64,000 bases of DNA from Mustelus asterias. Taxonomy: Eukaryota. The position numbers and the translations under genes were made by a program. Below the pieces are notes generated by a model. That model saw nothing but the letters and a program-made list of their open reading frames with translations. It did not search any database and had not been told where the DNA came from. The stretch's first letter is position 1. Each line of letters opens with the position of its first letter. The stretch covers positions 51,832,001 through 51,896,000 of the forward strand of contig NC_135807.1 of the NCBI RefSeq assembly GCF_964213995.1. The letters are read 5' to 3'. Positions 23,463-35,377 of the stretch are shown in pieces.

Positions 23463-24826
23463 GTAATATTTGATAAAATAAAATGGTTTTGCCTTTACCT
23501 TCTGCAAACATGTACCATTGCTGCCTTCACTTGTAGCTTATGCCCATAATTTAACTAGTACGTGATATTATAATCTGTTTAGTATTGAGAATTCAAGTTT
23601 ATCCACCATTTCAAATAGAAAACTAGCAATAGAAAGTGGCGCAGTGACTGAAGCACAGATATAAAATATTCCAGTATGATGAGTATGAATGAAAATCCCC
23701 TGTGGTGCTGAGCTCGACAGCAACAAATTGCATTTATATAGACCTCTTAACATATTTTGCAAGAAGCAAAATTGTTAAAAGAAACATTAAGAGCCAAAAC
23801 ATTACATTGAACCTCAGTAGGTGAGCTAAAGCTGGTTCAAGGAAGTAAGCATCTTGGAGGAGGAGAGGGATTTAGGCAGGGAATTCCAGAGTTTGCAGCC
23901 TTAACAGCTGAAGTCACATTAACTCCAGTGGATGATAAGAGAAATGATGGAACCAACAGAGCCAAAATTGAAGGAAAATACAGATCTTGTTGGGCTGAGC
24001 AGATGAGGAGGAGTATGGGCGTGGAGAGACTTGATCAGAAGAGTGAGAAACTGAACTCCTCCTTGCTGACTGGCAGCCAAACACGAGTAGTATTGGCAGT
24101 GCCCTAGAGGGTGACACAAAAGTAAAATAAATGTTTAAAACCAAAAAGGTTTGATGAAACAATGTAATATTATTTTAAGGTAAAAAATAATGGAGAGAGA
24201 GGATTCTGCAAAGATTTGCAAATGGATTAAGATTAATTATAGCATTAGGTAAATTAAACTAAAACTGATGAATGTAAGGTGGGATGTGGATATTCAGTCA
24301 ATGGGATTGAATTAGCACAAGAAGAGTTAGGAAGCAGCTTTCAAACTGTAGTAAACATAGCTGTTGTGATAGTGTAGCATAGCATTACAAAACAATAGAA
24401 TAAAAGTCTAAAGAAGTTTTGTTATGGCTTTACAAAGGAGAAAAGGTGCAGAAAAGTACAACAGGACTGATCCCACATGGAAAGGGATTAAGAAAGTGGA
24501 AAGATTAATGAAACCAAAGTGCTATAGTTTAGTAAAAGGTTGATTAAAATCCATAAAATATTAATGCAAATATGATAAACAGTACTTCAAAGTTTACCAA
24601 GAAAGTAGAACTGGAGGACATATGGAAATTATTGAAGCATAAATTTGCAATAGCTATCAAGAAAATCATTTATGCTTAGAGTGGAAACATTTGGAATAAT
24701 CAAGCAAGGGAATAAATTAGGCTTTTTTAATAGCTTTCCTTCTAAGACAGCTAATGTAGTATATTTGGAAAAGCTTCAATGGAACAAGTTATTTTTTGCC
24801 TTCATTCTTTTTCTTTTATTCCCCAG

Positions 24827-24997
24827 AAGCTGAGATTGTGTCACAGTGAATCAGGAAGTGCATTGCCCATGGGCCAAACATTGGAATTATGGATAGCAAA
24901 TACTGACTGCCCACTGATCAATGGAGGAATGATTATCCTTGAATATTTAGACAATGATTGTGTGAAATTAGAAAACACAAACTCCTACATAGAATGA
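24827..24997 (+). CDS. ZFAND1: ZFAND1 exon 8 (last coding exon)
   Basis: Polypyrimidine tract + ccccag; KLRLCHSESGSALPMGQTLELWIANTDCPLINGGMIILEYLDNDCVKLENTNSYIE*. Joined CDS is 801 nt (266 aa). Confidence 0.93.
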   Translation, partial: KLRLCHSESGSALPMGQTLELWIANTDCPLINGGMIILEYLDNDCVKLENTNSYIE

Positions 24998-25155
24998 CAG
25001 TTTTTTTAAATGAACCAAAACTTACTCGCTTAATTGGAAAGTACTCTGAAGAGAATTTGTTCTGTTGATGTATTTCATATATTACAACCTGCTCAAAACA
25101 CCGTGTAAATAGTACAGTCTTGTTATATTGCCAAACATGTCCTTTATTTAAATTT

Positions 25156-25161
25156 AATAAA
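25156..25161 (+). terminator. Probable ZFAND1 polyadenylation signal
   Basis: First AATAAA downstream of the stop, in AT-rich 3' UTR, followed by a GT-rich tract. Confidence 0.55.
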
Positions 25162-25644
25162 ATTAATCTGAAAGCCTTAAAAATGTATCCAGTGTTATTG
25201 TTACCAATTTAATCAGTGGTTGTAGATGGCCTTGTCGCTTCCCTTCTGTGCCATTGGGCACAGTAAACTAATGGTACTGGATTAGTGGTGATGAGTTTAA
25301 ACTCCAATAATTTCTGAAACTGATATTCAATATCTGTGGTCTGACACCAGGAAAATGATCATGAAAGCAGGTGGGCATTTGTAAAAACTAAACTGCTTTA
25401 CTAATTCCCTGCAAACCTGCCATTCATCCCAGGTCTGATGTACGTGTGATTCAAGTCCTCTCCAAGATAATCCATCTGAACCAGTCACAAATAAATGTGT
25501 ACAAAAAGTGCATTTTGGTAAAAATGCCAGATATTTCACTGTTATACTCAATCATCCTATGATTTGTTGCACTGTTATTCCACCAGACCACCTCTGCTAA
25601 ATTACATATCTCTGTTAATCAGTGGTACTCAATGTAGACCTCAA

Positions 25645-26285
25645 ATCACAGAATCTTCACAATGCAGGAGGAGGCCATTCAGCCCATTGAGTCTGCACTG
25701 GCTCTCTGAGAGCATTCTATCTAGCCCCACTTCCCTACCTTATCCGCGTAACCTTGTACATTCTCTCTCTGTTCAAATGGCAATCCATTTCCTCTTATAT
25801 ACCTCTATTCAAACTGCCTCCACCATATCACAGGAAGTTTGTTTCAGACTCAAACCACCCTCAGGGTGAATAAAACTTTCCTCACATCACTTGTATTCCT
25901 TTTGCCAATTATTTTGAATCTGCGTCCTCCATTTCTTGATGCTCTTGAATGGGAACAGTTTCTAACTACGCTGCCCATACCCCTTGAATCTTGAATACCT
26001 CCTCTTGGCCTTCTTCAAGGAAAACAGTCCTAACCTCCACCTATCCTCATTGCTACAGTTCTTTATCCCTGGAATCATTCTTGTGACTCCTCTGTACTCA
26101 ATCCAATGCCTTCACATCCTTCCTCAAGTTTGGTGCTCAGAACTGAATGCAGTACTCCAGATTAGCCCTAACCAGTGTCCTATGCAAGTTCAACATGACC
26201 TTTTTCTTATACTCAGGCTTTATTAATAAATGCACTAAGGTATATGTGTTATTAAATGCTCACTCAACATGTCTTGCCAACTTAA
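25645..26285 (-). mobile_element. Decayed CR1 3' fragment
   Basis: Tail aggaggccattcagccca; reverse-strand LEYC..FW remnants. Confidence 0.65.
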
Positions 26286-26289
26286 GTAA

Positions 26290-26640
26290 CTTTTTAAATT
26301 CATTCTTGGGATGCCAGCATTTATTGCACATCCCCAATTGCCCTTGAGAAGGTAGTGGTGAGCTGCCTTGAATCACTGCAGTCCACGTGGTGTAGGTGCA
26401 CTCACAGTGCTGTTAAGAAGGGGATTCAAAGATTTGGACACAGCAACAGTGAAGAAATGGCAATGCATTTCCAAGTTAGGATGGTGGGTGTCTTCGAGGG
26501 GAGCTTCCAGCTCATAGTGTTCCCATGTGTCTGCTGTCCATGTCCTACTAGATGGTAGTGATTGTGGGTTTGGAAGGTGATGTGCTGGTAATGAGGAGGA
26601 GGAGGCTTGGTGAGTTCCTGCAATGCATCATGTAGCTGCA
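26290..26640 (-). mobile_element. Second LINE family, 3' end
   Basis: Reverse complement of 28270-28640 (gccagcatttattg...cccttgagaaggt). Confidence 0.7.
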
Positions 26641-28640
26641 GGAACAGAGGTACTTTAAATTAACTGTACATAAGCTAGGGGATCAAACCTTGTTCAATGA
26701 AGAGTGTAGGAGGGCTTACCAGGAGCAACACCAGGCATACCTAAAAGTAAGGTGTTAACCTGGTGAAGTTACAACATAGGACTATTTGGATGCCAAAATG
26801 CAGAAGTAGCAAGCAACAGACAGAGTCACACAATTGCACAATCAAAGGATCAGATCTAAGTGCTGCAACCCTACCACATCCAGCCATGAATGGTGGTGCA
26901 CAATTAAACAGCTCACTGGAGGAGGAGTCTCCGCAAATATCCCCATCCTCACTGATGGAGGAGTTCAGCACTTCAGTGCAAAAGATAAGGCCGAAGCATT
27001 CACAACAGTCTTCAGCCAGAGGTGGATAATCCATCTCGGCTACTTGTAGCACTCCCCAGCATCACAGATGCCAGTTTCAGCCAATTTGTTTCATTCCATG
27101 TGATATTAAGTAGTGGTTGAGGCACTGGATACTGTAAAGGCTATGGGCCCTGACAATATTGTGGCAATAGTACTGAAGACTTTGCCCTAGCCAATCTCTA
27201 CCACTACAGCTACAAAACTGGCATTTACCCGGCAATGTGGAGAATTGCTTGGGGATGTCTTGTACAGAAAAGGCACAACAAATCCACCCCAGCCAATTAC
27301 TGCTCCATTAGTCCACTCTTGATCATCAGTAAAGTGATGGAGGGGGCATCAACAGCACTATCAAGTGACCCTTGCTTAGCAATAACCTGCTCACTGGCAC
27401 TTTCCGCTAGGGCCTCCGCTCCTGACCTCATTATAACCTTGGTTAAAACATGGACAAAAGAGCTGAACTCCAAAGGTGAGATAAGAGTGACTTCCCTTAA
27501 CAGCAAGGCAGCATTTAACCAAGTATAGCATCAAGGAGCCCTAGCAAGGCCGGAGTCGATGGGAATAGGAGAAAACTCACTAATGGTTGAAGTCATACAT
27601 AGCAGAAAAGAAGATGCTTTTGGTTGTTGGAGGTCAATCATCTCAGGTTCAAAACATCACTGCAGGAGTTCCTTTGGGTAGTGTCCTCGGACCAACCATC
27701 TTCAGCTGCTAAATCAATGACCTTCTTTCCATCAATTTCACTGATGATTTCACAATATTCACCATTTACGACTCTTCAGATACTGAGGAAGTCCCTGTCC
27801 AAATGCAGCAAGACCTGGACAATATCCAGGTTTGAACTAATAAGTGGTAAGTAACATTCGCACTACCCAAGTGTCAGGCATTGACTATCTCCAAAAGAGA
27901 GAATCTAACCATCACCCCTTGACATTCAATAGTATTACCATCACTGAATTCCACACTGTCAACATCCTAGTGGTAACCTTTGTCCAGAAGCTGAACTGGA
28001 CTAGCCATATAAATACAGTGGCCACCAAAACAGGTCAGAGGCTAGGAAACCTATGGGGAGTAACTCACCTCCTGACTCCCCAAAGCCCGTCCACCATCTA
28101 CAAGGCACAAATCACTACTGTGCTTAATTCTCTCCACGTGCCTGAGTGAGTGCAGCTCCAATAACCCTCAAGAAATTTGACACCATCCAGGATAAAGTAG
28201 TCCGCTTGATTGCTAACCTTTCCACAAACATTCACTCCCTCCACCACTGATGAACAGTGGCAGCATTGTATACCATGTACAATATGCACTGCAGAAACAC
28301 ATCAAGTTTCCTTAGAAAGCTCCTTCCAAACCCATGACCACTGTCATCTACAAAGAAAGAACAGAAGATACATGGGAAAACTACCACCCAGAGGTTCCCC
28401 TCCAAGTCACTCACCATCCTGGCTTGGAAACATATCACCGTTCCTTCACTGTTGCTGGGTCAAAATCCTGGAATTCCCTCCCTAACTGCACTATGGGTGC
28501 ATCTACACCTAAAGGACTTTCATTCCTTTGAAATGGCTCAGTGGTTCAAGAAGGGAGCTCACCATCACCTTCTCAAGGGCAGTTAGGGATGGGCAGTAAA
28601 TGCTGGCCTAGCAATGCCCACATCCCTTAAGTGATTTTTT
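26640..28640 (+). mobile_element. Second non-LTR LINE family (CR1/L2-group RT), decayed
   Basis: KAMGPDNI, PANYCSISPL.IISKVMEG, GVP.GSVLGPTIFS; tail agggatgggca.taaatgctggcc. Confidence 0.8.
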
Positions 28641-29799
28641 AAAAAATGTGATATTAAACTGAGGGAGTACATTCTTGTTCAGGTGTATGTAAAATATCTT
28701 TTTAACATTTAAAACAGAAAGAATAGTTGCCATTAACATTGATCATTGATCTTATAATCAAAAAATAACATCCTAACACACCTGGTCATTTCTGCAGTGT
28801 TTTACATTCAGCTTATATCCAATCAAATCAATATCATGATAAATGAGCAGACAGCAATCCCAATCTCAAATTTGGACAGGGTCACCAGGTGTGATTAATC
28901 CACTTCTGATGCAAGCAGCACGCCAATGTCATGCTACCTCCTCACTAACATGATATATATGTAACGCAGCCATTGCAACTGCATGACTCTGCAGGGACCC
29001 ATAATTGTCAACATCTAACACCAGTTAAAACGAGCCTGCACTACTTAAGTCCACGCTACAGCTATTAAAAGGGATGTGCATTGTGGCTGGAACAGATAAT
29101 GGAAGTTTAACATAGAGTGTATTCTGACCTGACACACCAGAAGAGGGCGTGGGCTGCAAGATTTTCTGATGCTGCATTGGAAGGCATTGGTCAATGAGGT
29201 GACAGGCAGAGCAATGTGCTCTATCTACAAGAGGCATGGAGAATCCACATTCAATCTCTCATTAGACAATGCCAGGAGTCAAAAAGGCCACATAAAGTTC
29301 ATTGATTTCACATGAATGATCAAGGTAAATTAATGTACATTCCAATATCATCCTAGCTACACAATTAGCCTCGAGCTCAATTCACCGCACCCAACCATCA
29401 AATTCTTTCAGTCAGAACTCAAACATTCATAACTTCCCCTCACACTCCCATGTTTCATCCTACTGAAAACCTCAGCTTGCATTAACTGGTAGCTATCCAA
29501 CCATGACAGACGCATCATCTGATCAGATTGCACCATGCTCACTAACACACTGCCTTCTCTCACAGGACAAAGTGGCTCAAAGCCAGAGGAAGTGGGTGTT
29601 TATAAATTTGGGAGAAACTATATGCTTAAAAGAGGAAATCTTGCTTGCCAACAGTGAAGCAGCCATGGCTGAGGCCTTGGTCAACACTGAGGCTGAAACC
29701 ATTGAAGAAAACTGTATTTAATCCTCCGTCTCACATCCCATTGCCCCTTCACCCCACAATCTCCTCTAAATTGCAAGCTGCAAATGATGTAAGCATGTA

Positions 29800-30105
29800 C
29801 AGGTTAAAGTTTATTAGTGTCACAAGTAGGCTTCCATTAACATTGCAATGAGGTTAAATGTGAAAATCCCCTAGTTGCCACATTCTGGCGCCTGTTCGGG
29901 TACACTGAGGGACAATTTAGCATGGCCAATGCAACCTAACCAGCATGTCTTTTGGACTGTGGGAGGAAACCGAAGCATCCGGAGGAAACCCACGCAGATA
30001 TGGAGAGAACGTGCAGGCTCCACACAGACAGTGACCCAAGCCGGGAATTGAACCCTGGTCCCTGGCACCCCCGTGAGGCAGTAGCACCAATCTCTGTGCC
30101 ACCCT
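29800..30105 (-). mobile_element. HE1-like V-SINE (tail type B)
   Basis: V domain plus gtgtacccgaacaggcgccagaatgtggc...aagcctacttgtgacactaataaa tail. Confidence 0.82.
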
Positions 30106-32137
30106 CATGCTTCCCAGCCCCCACCACCATCCCCTCACACCCCCCCCCCCCCCCCCCCCTCCACTCCCCACTCCTAGTTCTGCTCTCTGCTACTTGGCTG
30201 AGATGACAGTGATGCTAAAGAAACATTGCCCCAAATTTTCTGGTCAGCATCTAAACTCCTCTGTCCAAAATCAGACAGAAAACGGCCCAATTTTTCTGTC
30301 TAAACCTCCAATGGGAGGATCTTGCAGGATTTGCTCAGTGCAGGAATTCATGGAGAGAGCAACAAAGAGAACCTGTGCAGAAGCCACACACCTTTTTATG
30401 GCACTAACTGCTGTATTCGAGTGAGTGTTTATAGGTCCCCAAGTTTCACAGCATGTTTGTTAATGTGTGTATGAGTGAAAGGGTAAGTAAATTGGTGAGT
30501 GTGTAGGAAGATAAGATGGATGAGTTAAATGGGTGACATTTGGGTTGGATGGCATCTGGTTAGAGTGGTACATGGGTGAGATAGGTAGGATGGGTGAGTG
30601 GTGGAAGTCTGGGAGGTCATTGTGAATGACTGGGGGGTCAATGTATCAGGACAAATCCAATCCAGGAGTTGGAATAGGATTTTTCTGTCTAGTATTTCTT
30701 GGGCAACTATTCAGATAAGCCAGAACTGTCTGAAGTCTCCAACTCTAACTTAGAGTTGGGGATGTTTCAGAGGGTTTGGGGGAGCAGGGAAATTACCCAT
30801 CTGAAGTTCAAACTTCCTGGGCAATTCCCATAGAGTCAATGAGTGGGGACTTCCGCAGGTTCCCGAAACATATCTTGGGTTGTACGATTCAGAGACTGGA
30901 TAATCTGGGTCATAATCACTCTCTCTCTCTCTCTCATTCACTCACAGCCGCCCGCTAAGACATAGACACAGTACATGTTGTAGAGGGTAGCTTAGAGCTG
31001 GAATCTACAAATGGTGAGCCACTGGGTGTGAGTGGCCTCCTATTAGGACAGGAGTCAAGGGTAGTGCAGAGGCTAACTCGGCAGGGGACGAGACGAGGTT
31101 ATGCATGGGTTCCATCGTAGAGAATTCAGGTAAGCGCTTTGATGTTGCCTCTATCACGTTCCCAGATTGGTGCTTCAATAATCCTAGTAACCTGTTAGAG
31201 AATAGATTGCTGAATCGCTGTGACACTGAGCAAGCTCCTTTGAATACTGATATGGCTATGATGGTAGCAGCCTGAACTTGCATGATAGCAAGCCCAAACC
31301 AACTGTGCATGACAGAAGACTGAGCTTCCACTGCACTTTGATGGGGCAGGCAATAGAATAAGGGAATTGAGTTTGTACAATGAAATGTCGATGCAATGGC
31401 AAGACTGCCAGAAAGCCTGCTTACCAGGTCAAAGAGCATGCAACCGTCTGACAGCAACTTTGCAAAGGGAATTGTGCAGAGCTTGGAAGTGGTGGCCAAT
31501 GCATGAGCACATTTGATTTAGCATCTTAATAAAATACCTGAGCTTCCATTACAGCACAAACTGCAGCCAACTAAATGGTGGGTGCTGCAGTGGGAGCTCA
31601 GTCTTCTGTCATGCAGAGTCAGACTGCTTCATGAAAGCTCAGTTTCAGCTTGCTAGCATGCAAGCTCAGACTGCTGCCATCAAAGCCATATCGTATTCAA
31701 AGGGCCTTGCAGGGTGTCACAGCGATTCAGCAATCTGTTCCTCAACAGATCACTAGGTTTGCTGAAGCACCAATCTGAGAAAGTGATAGAAAATGCATTG
31801 AATATGAATGAACCTGTTGTCCTCTTTCAGGATGACAGCATTTGTCCTCCCACCCTGCTACTCCACCAGTTACCTTCCCCTTGCCTATCAGGACTGCTGT
31901 CCCTCATGCCAAGATGAAGGTGCACTTTACAGCTGGGTCTTTTTTAGGCAGAGTTGTTTGTCCTTCAAGGTTATCCGCAGTCTCATCCACTGAAAGACAG
32001 CACCTTCCTTCCATCGTGCATGCTGCTACCACTGGGATAGCACCACATAGGAATGTTAGGACAGGCAAAACAGGCAGCAGACAAGTACCAAGCGAATACA
32101 CAAGGGCGATTAGTTGATGTTTGTACACAAGCTGATA

Positions 32138-32285
32138 TGTCCTGGGATACGTTGGTTAGAGGGATTAGCAAGGTAAATATGTGGGATTACAGGAATAGGG
32201 CCTGCGTGGGATTGTTGTCGGTGCAGGCTTGTTGGGCCGAATGGCCTCCTTCTGCACTGTAAGTATTCTATGATTCTATGATATG
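32138..32285 (+). mobile_element. HE1 SINE 3' fragment
   Basis: ggttagagggattagc...gggccgaatggcctccttctgcactgta...ttctatga. Confidence 0.75.
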
Positions 32286-33914
32286 ATTTCATTTATGAGT
32301 TTTTGTGCTGGTCTTTATTTCTACATTGTGGATAAGTGGACACTGTGATAGTCAATGACAGAGGGAAGTAAGATGGGGGACTGTTTGGGAATGGTGAGTT
32401 GTGGTTGTGGTTACTGGCATAGGAGTTGGACGAGGTGTTCACAAACAGCCAGAGCAGAAAAGGGATGTTTATGTTGCCTCCTCCCTTCCTCTTCCTTTTC
32501 CTCCTTCTCCTCAAGTACTCAGCGTATAGCTAGTGACACAAAGTTACATGCTTGCTCTGCTCACTACTCTCAGGCTAGAGAGAATAAAACCTGTTTCGAT
32601 TTCATTCACTTATTTTCATTTCGCTCTTCACCTCCCTTACGCATCAATCAGAAACTGTGAGATGTTGCGAATATCTGCATCTCCAGCCTGGGAGGAGCCT
32701 GATGCATGTAAATCCACGGTCAACTTCACAACCACTGGCAATGTGGCCCTTGGCTTGCTCTGCGGTTACATTTGTGACAATAGCAGGAGGCAGATTTCAG
32801 TGCGGACATCCTTACTGATGTGCACACATCTCACACTTTGTTCTTCGCTGAGGTTCAGGTCAGGAAATTGATCCCTCTCCACTCTGGGCAGATGGCCTCC
32901 TTCTGCAAGCCTTTATCCTGCTACACCTCCCTCTTTTAACAACATATCTTGTTCTGAGATCCTCTGTTCATTCTCTAAGTCAAGCTGCATTCTAATGAAA
33001 TGTCTATTACTCCATCCATGTCTTGGACGAATAAACCTTGAAGTCAATATCAACTTCTCCAGCGCCTGCTACACCATTTCTCATAGACTTAGGGGTGGCA
33101 CAGTGGTTAGCTCTGCTGCGTCACAGTGACCAGAGATGTAGGCTAGCTTGAGTCAGTAAAAGGTTAATTAATAATTTCAGTAGATGGTGTGTTTATGTAT
33201 TTTCATGGAGCTGTTTGAGACCATTTACATTTTAACTGGGTAAAAAGCATTCATTCACAAGCTGCAAGAAGTCAATGATGTGTGAAAAGCCAGGTGAATA
33301 TGGAGTTTAGTTTTAGTGAGAATAAATGGGACAAGAGGACTTGAAGCTTTATTTATTTTACTATATTTTGAGTTTATATATTTTAGTTGATTTAGATTTG
33401 GTCAGGTGGGAGCAAAATGATAAAAATGTTGAAAGTACCCAGCAGTTCAGGGCAGCACTTGTGGAGAGAGACAGAGTTAACCTTTCAGGTTGATGATGCC
33501 GCATGATGAAGTTTGCTGATGACACAAAGGTAGTGTTTGGCAAGTGAGGTGGACTACAAAAGACTTCAGAAAGACAGGTTAGTGCAATGGGCAGGCAAAA
33601 TTTAACATTGATCTGAGCGAGGGAAAAAATTCTGCAAGGAAAAACAAGGAATGTGGGCACACACTCAACAGTAAGCAACTGGATAGTGTGGGTGAATGAA
33701 GAGTTGGAGGGGACTGAAAAAATAATCACTTTGTGCAGTTTAGAGTATCCAATTATATAAATAATATTAAAGGCATTATTTTAAATGATCACGTGAGTTT
33801 AGGGAATACTTTTGCCACAGAGTGCAAAACAGAGGCTGGTGCACGTTTTATGGAAAAATACAAGAGTGTGGATAGAGAAGAGGAGGGACGTGGGATTAAT
33901 GTTTTAGAAACCAT

Positions 33915-34230
33915 TGGCAGCATGGTAGCACAGTGGTTAGCACTGCTGTATCAAAGCACCAGGGACCCGGGTTCGATTCTGGCCTTGGGTCACTGTCTGT
34001 GTGGAGTTTGCACATTCCCCTGTCTGTGGGTTTCCCCAGGGTGCTCCGGTTTCCTCCCACAGTCCAAAGGTGTGCGGGTTAGATTGATTGGCCATGGTAA
34101 ATTGACCTTAGTGCCATGGCATTAACAGGGTAAATATGAGGGGTTACGGGACTAAGGCCTGGGTGGGATTGTAGTCGGTGCAGACTCGATGGGCCAAATG
34201 GCCTCCTTCAGCACAGTAGGGATTCTATAA
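33915..34230 (+). mobile_element. HE1 V-SINE, full length
   Basis: Head, V domain and CR1-type tail; lies ~170 bp upstream of the putative IMPA1 promoter. Confidence 0.88.
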
Positions 34231-34394
34231 AAAAAGAGGCGCACAGAAAGAGGATGAACCGATGTATTGTATGTAAACTTGAGCCGTTTGAAAAGTGTCT
34301 ACCTGCAGGCAGTTTACATGTTCACAACTTGCCCTTAGTTGCAGGATGGCCAGCCTTTCTCAGCCACTGTCAGTTTAGAGACAGTCCCCGTGTT

Positions 34395-34600
34395 TGCACA
34401 TGAGCAGTGGGTAACTCCGGAAGAGGTCGGGCAACAGCAGCAACCGGTGAGGAGAAGTGTACAGGCGGCCCGGTGAAGGGAAGCAGGAGCCGGAGAGGAG
34501 CGTAAGAAGCAGCCCGGTGCAGGGCAGCAGGAGCCGGGGAGAAGAGGAAGAAGCAGCCCGGGGCAGGGAAGCAGGAGCCGGGGTTCTCGGTGAGATGACT
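34395..34600 (+). promoter_or_regulatory. IMPA1: Probable IMPA1 promoter and non-coding exon 1
   Basis: Non-TE CpG/GC-rich patch upstream of IMPA1 coding exons; ETS CCGGAAG 34417-34423; NRF1-like TGCACATGAGCA; candidate donors GTGAGG (34447) and GTGAGA (34590). Assignment is inference. Confidence 0.6.
34464..34583 (+). repeat. About 3 copies of a 44-bp GC-rich tandem repeat
   Basis: gcccgg...aggg(a/c)agcaggagccgg recurs with CCC at 34469, 34513 and 34557. Confidence 0.75.
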
Positions 34601-35021
34601 CCCTGGGATTACTGGTTCTCTGTCTGTGTTTCAGACTGAGACGGGCGGGTCTTTAATCTTTCTTTCTCCGTTCCGGGTGAACTGAAAGCTGCTTCACTCT
34701 GAACTGTAGGGAATTCCTTATTGAAGGCCGCCTACCCCCTGCTGCACTTCTGATTTTGGTTTCAAAGGTCTGATTGCGCTGGGATGGTGATTATAAAGGT
34801 AAAGGGTTGATTCAGATCCTCCGGGCCAGCCCAGTGCTGTACGCTGCCCATTTTACCTTTGCTCCTGATAGAGATGTGTCACCTTGAGCTCTAACCGAAG
34901 ACTGGCATGTTCCCAGGGCATTAAAGTCAGACAAATAAAAAGAGGCTGCAACCAGTTGGTAACCTTGTATTCAGAGAAAGCGATTTCATTAATGTAACAA
35001 CTTGCACAATTTTAGAGAAGA

Positions 35022-35362
35022 AAATAATGAGGGGCACAGATCGGCTAGATAGTCAATATCTTTTCCCAAAGGTAGGGGAGTCTGAAACCAGAGGGCATAG
35101 ATTTAAGGTGAAAGGGGAGAGATACAAAAAGGTCTAGAGGGGCAATAGTTTCACACAGAGGGTGATGAGTGTCTGGAACAAGCTGCCAGAGGCAGTAGTA
35201 GAGGTGAGTACAATTTTGTCTTTTAAAAAGTGTTTAGACAGTTGCATGGGTAAGATGGATATTAGAGGGATATGGGCCAAACATGGGCAATTGGGACTAG
35301 CTCAGTGGTTAAAAAAGGGGCGGCTTGGACAAGTTGGGCCGAAGGTAAACCTCTTTGACTCG
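35022..35362 (+). mobile_element. CR1 3' end (same subfamily as 19388-20245)
   Basis: Near-identical ctagatagtcaatat...ggacaagttgggccgaagg. Confidence 0.85.
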
Positions 35363-35377
35363 AAAACTTAATAACTG

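Larger units (their letters stand above)
29020..33085. mobile_element. Decayed PIF/Harbinger DNA transposon region (Myb/SANT gene +, DDE transposase -) with nested SINEs
   Basis: Plus strand ~29150-29324 has RFSDAALE.LVNEV...KF.D, with donor at 29325 and acceptor at 29565 (DKVAQSQR). Minus strand ~32500-32940 has LNLSEEQ..., LPVVVKLTV..ASGS.Q..D..NISQF, which is HARBI1-like. Confidence 0.6.
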
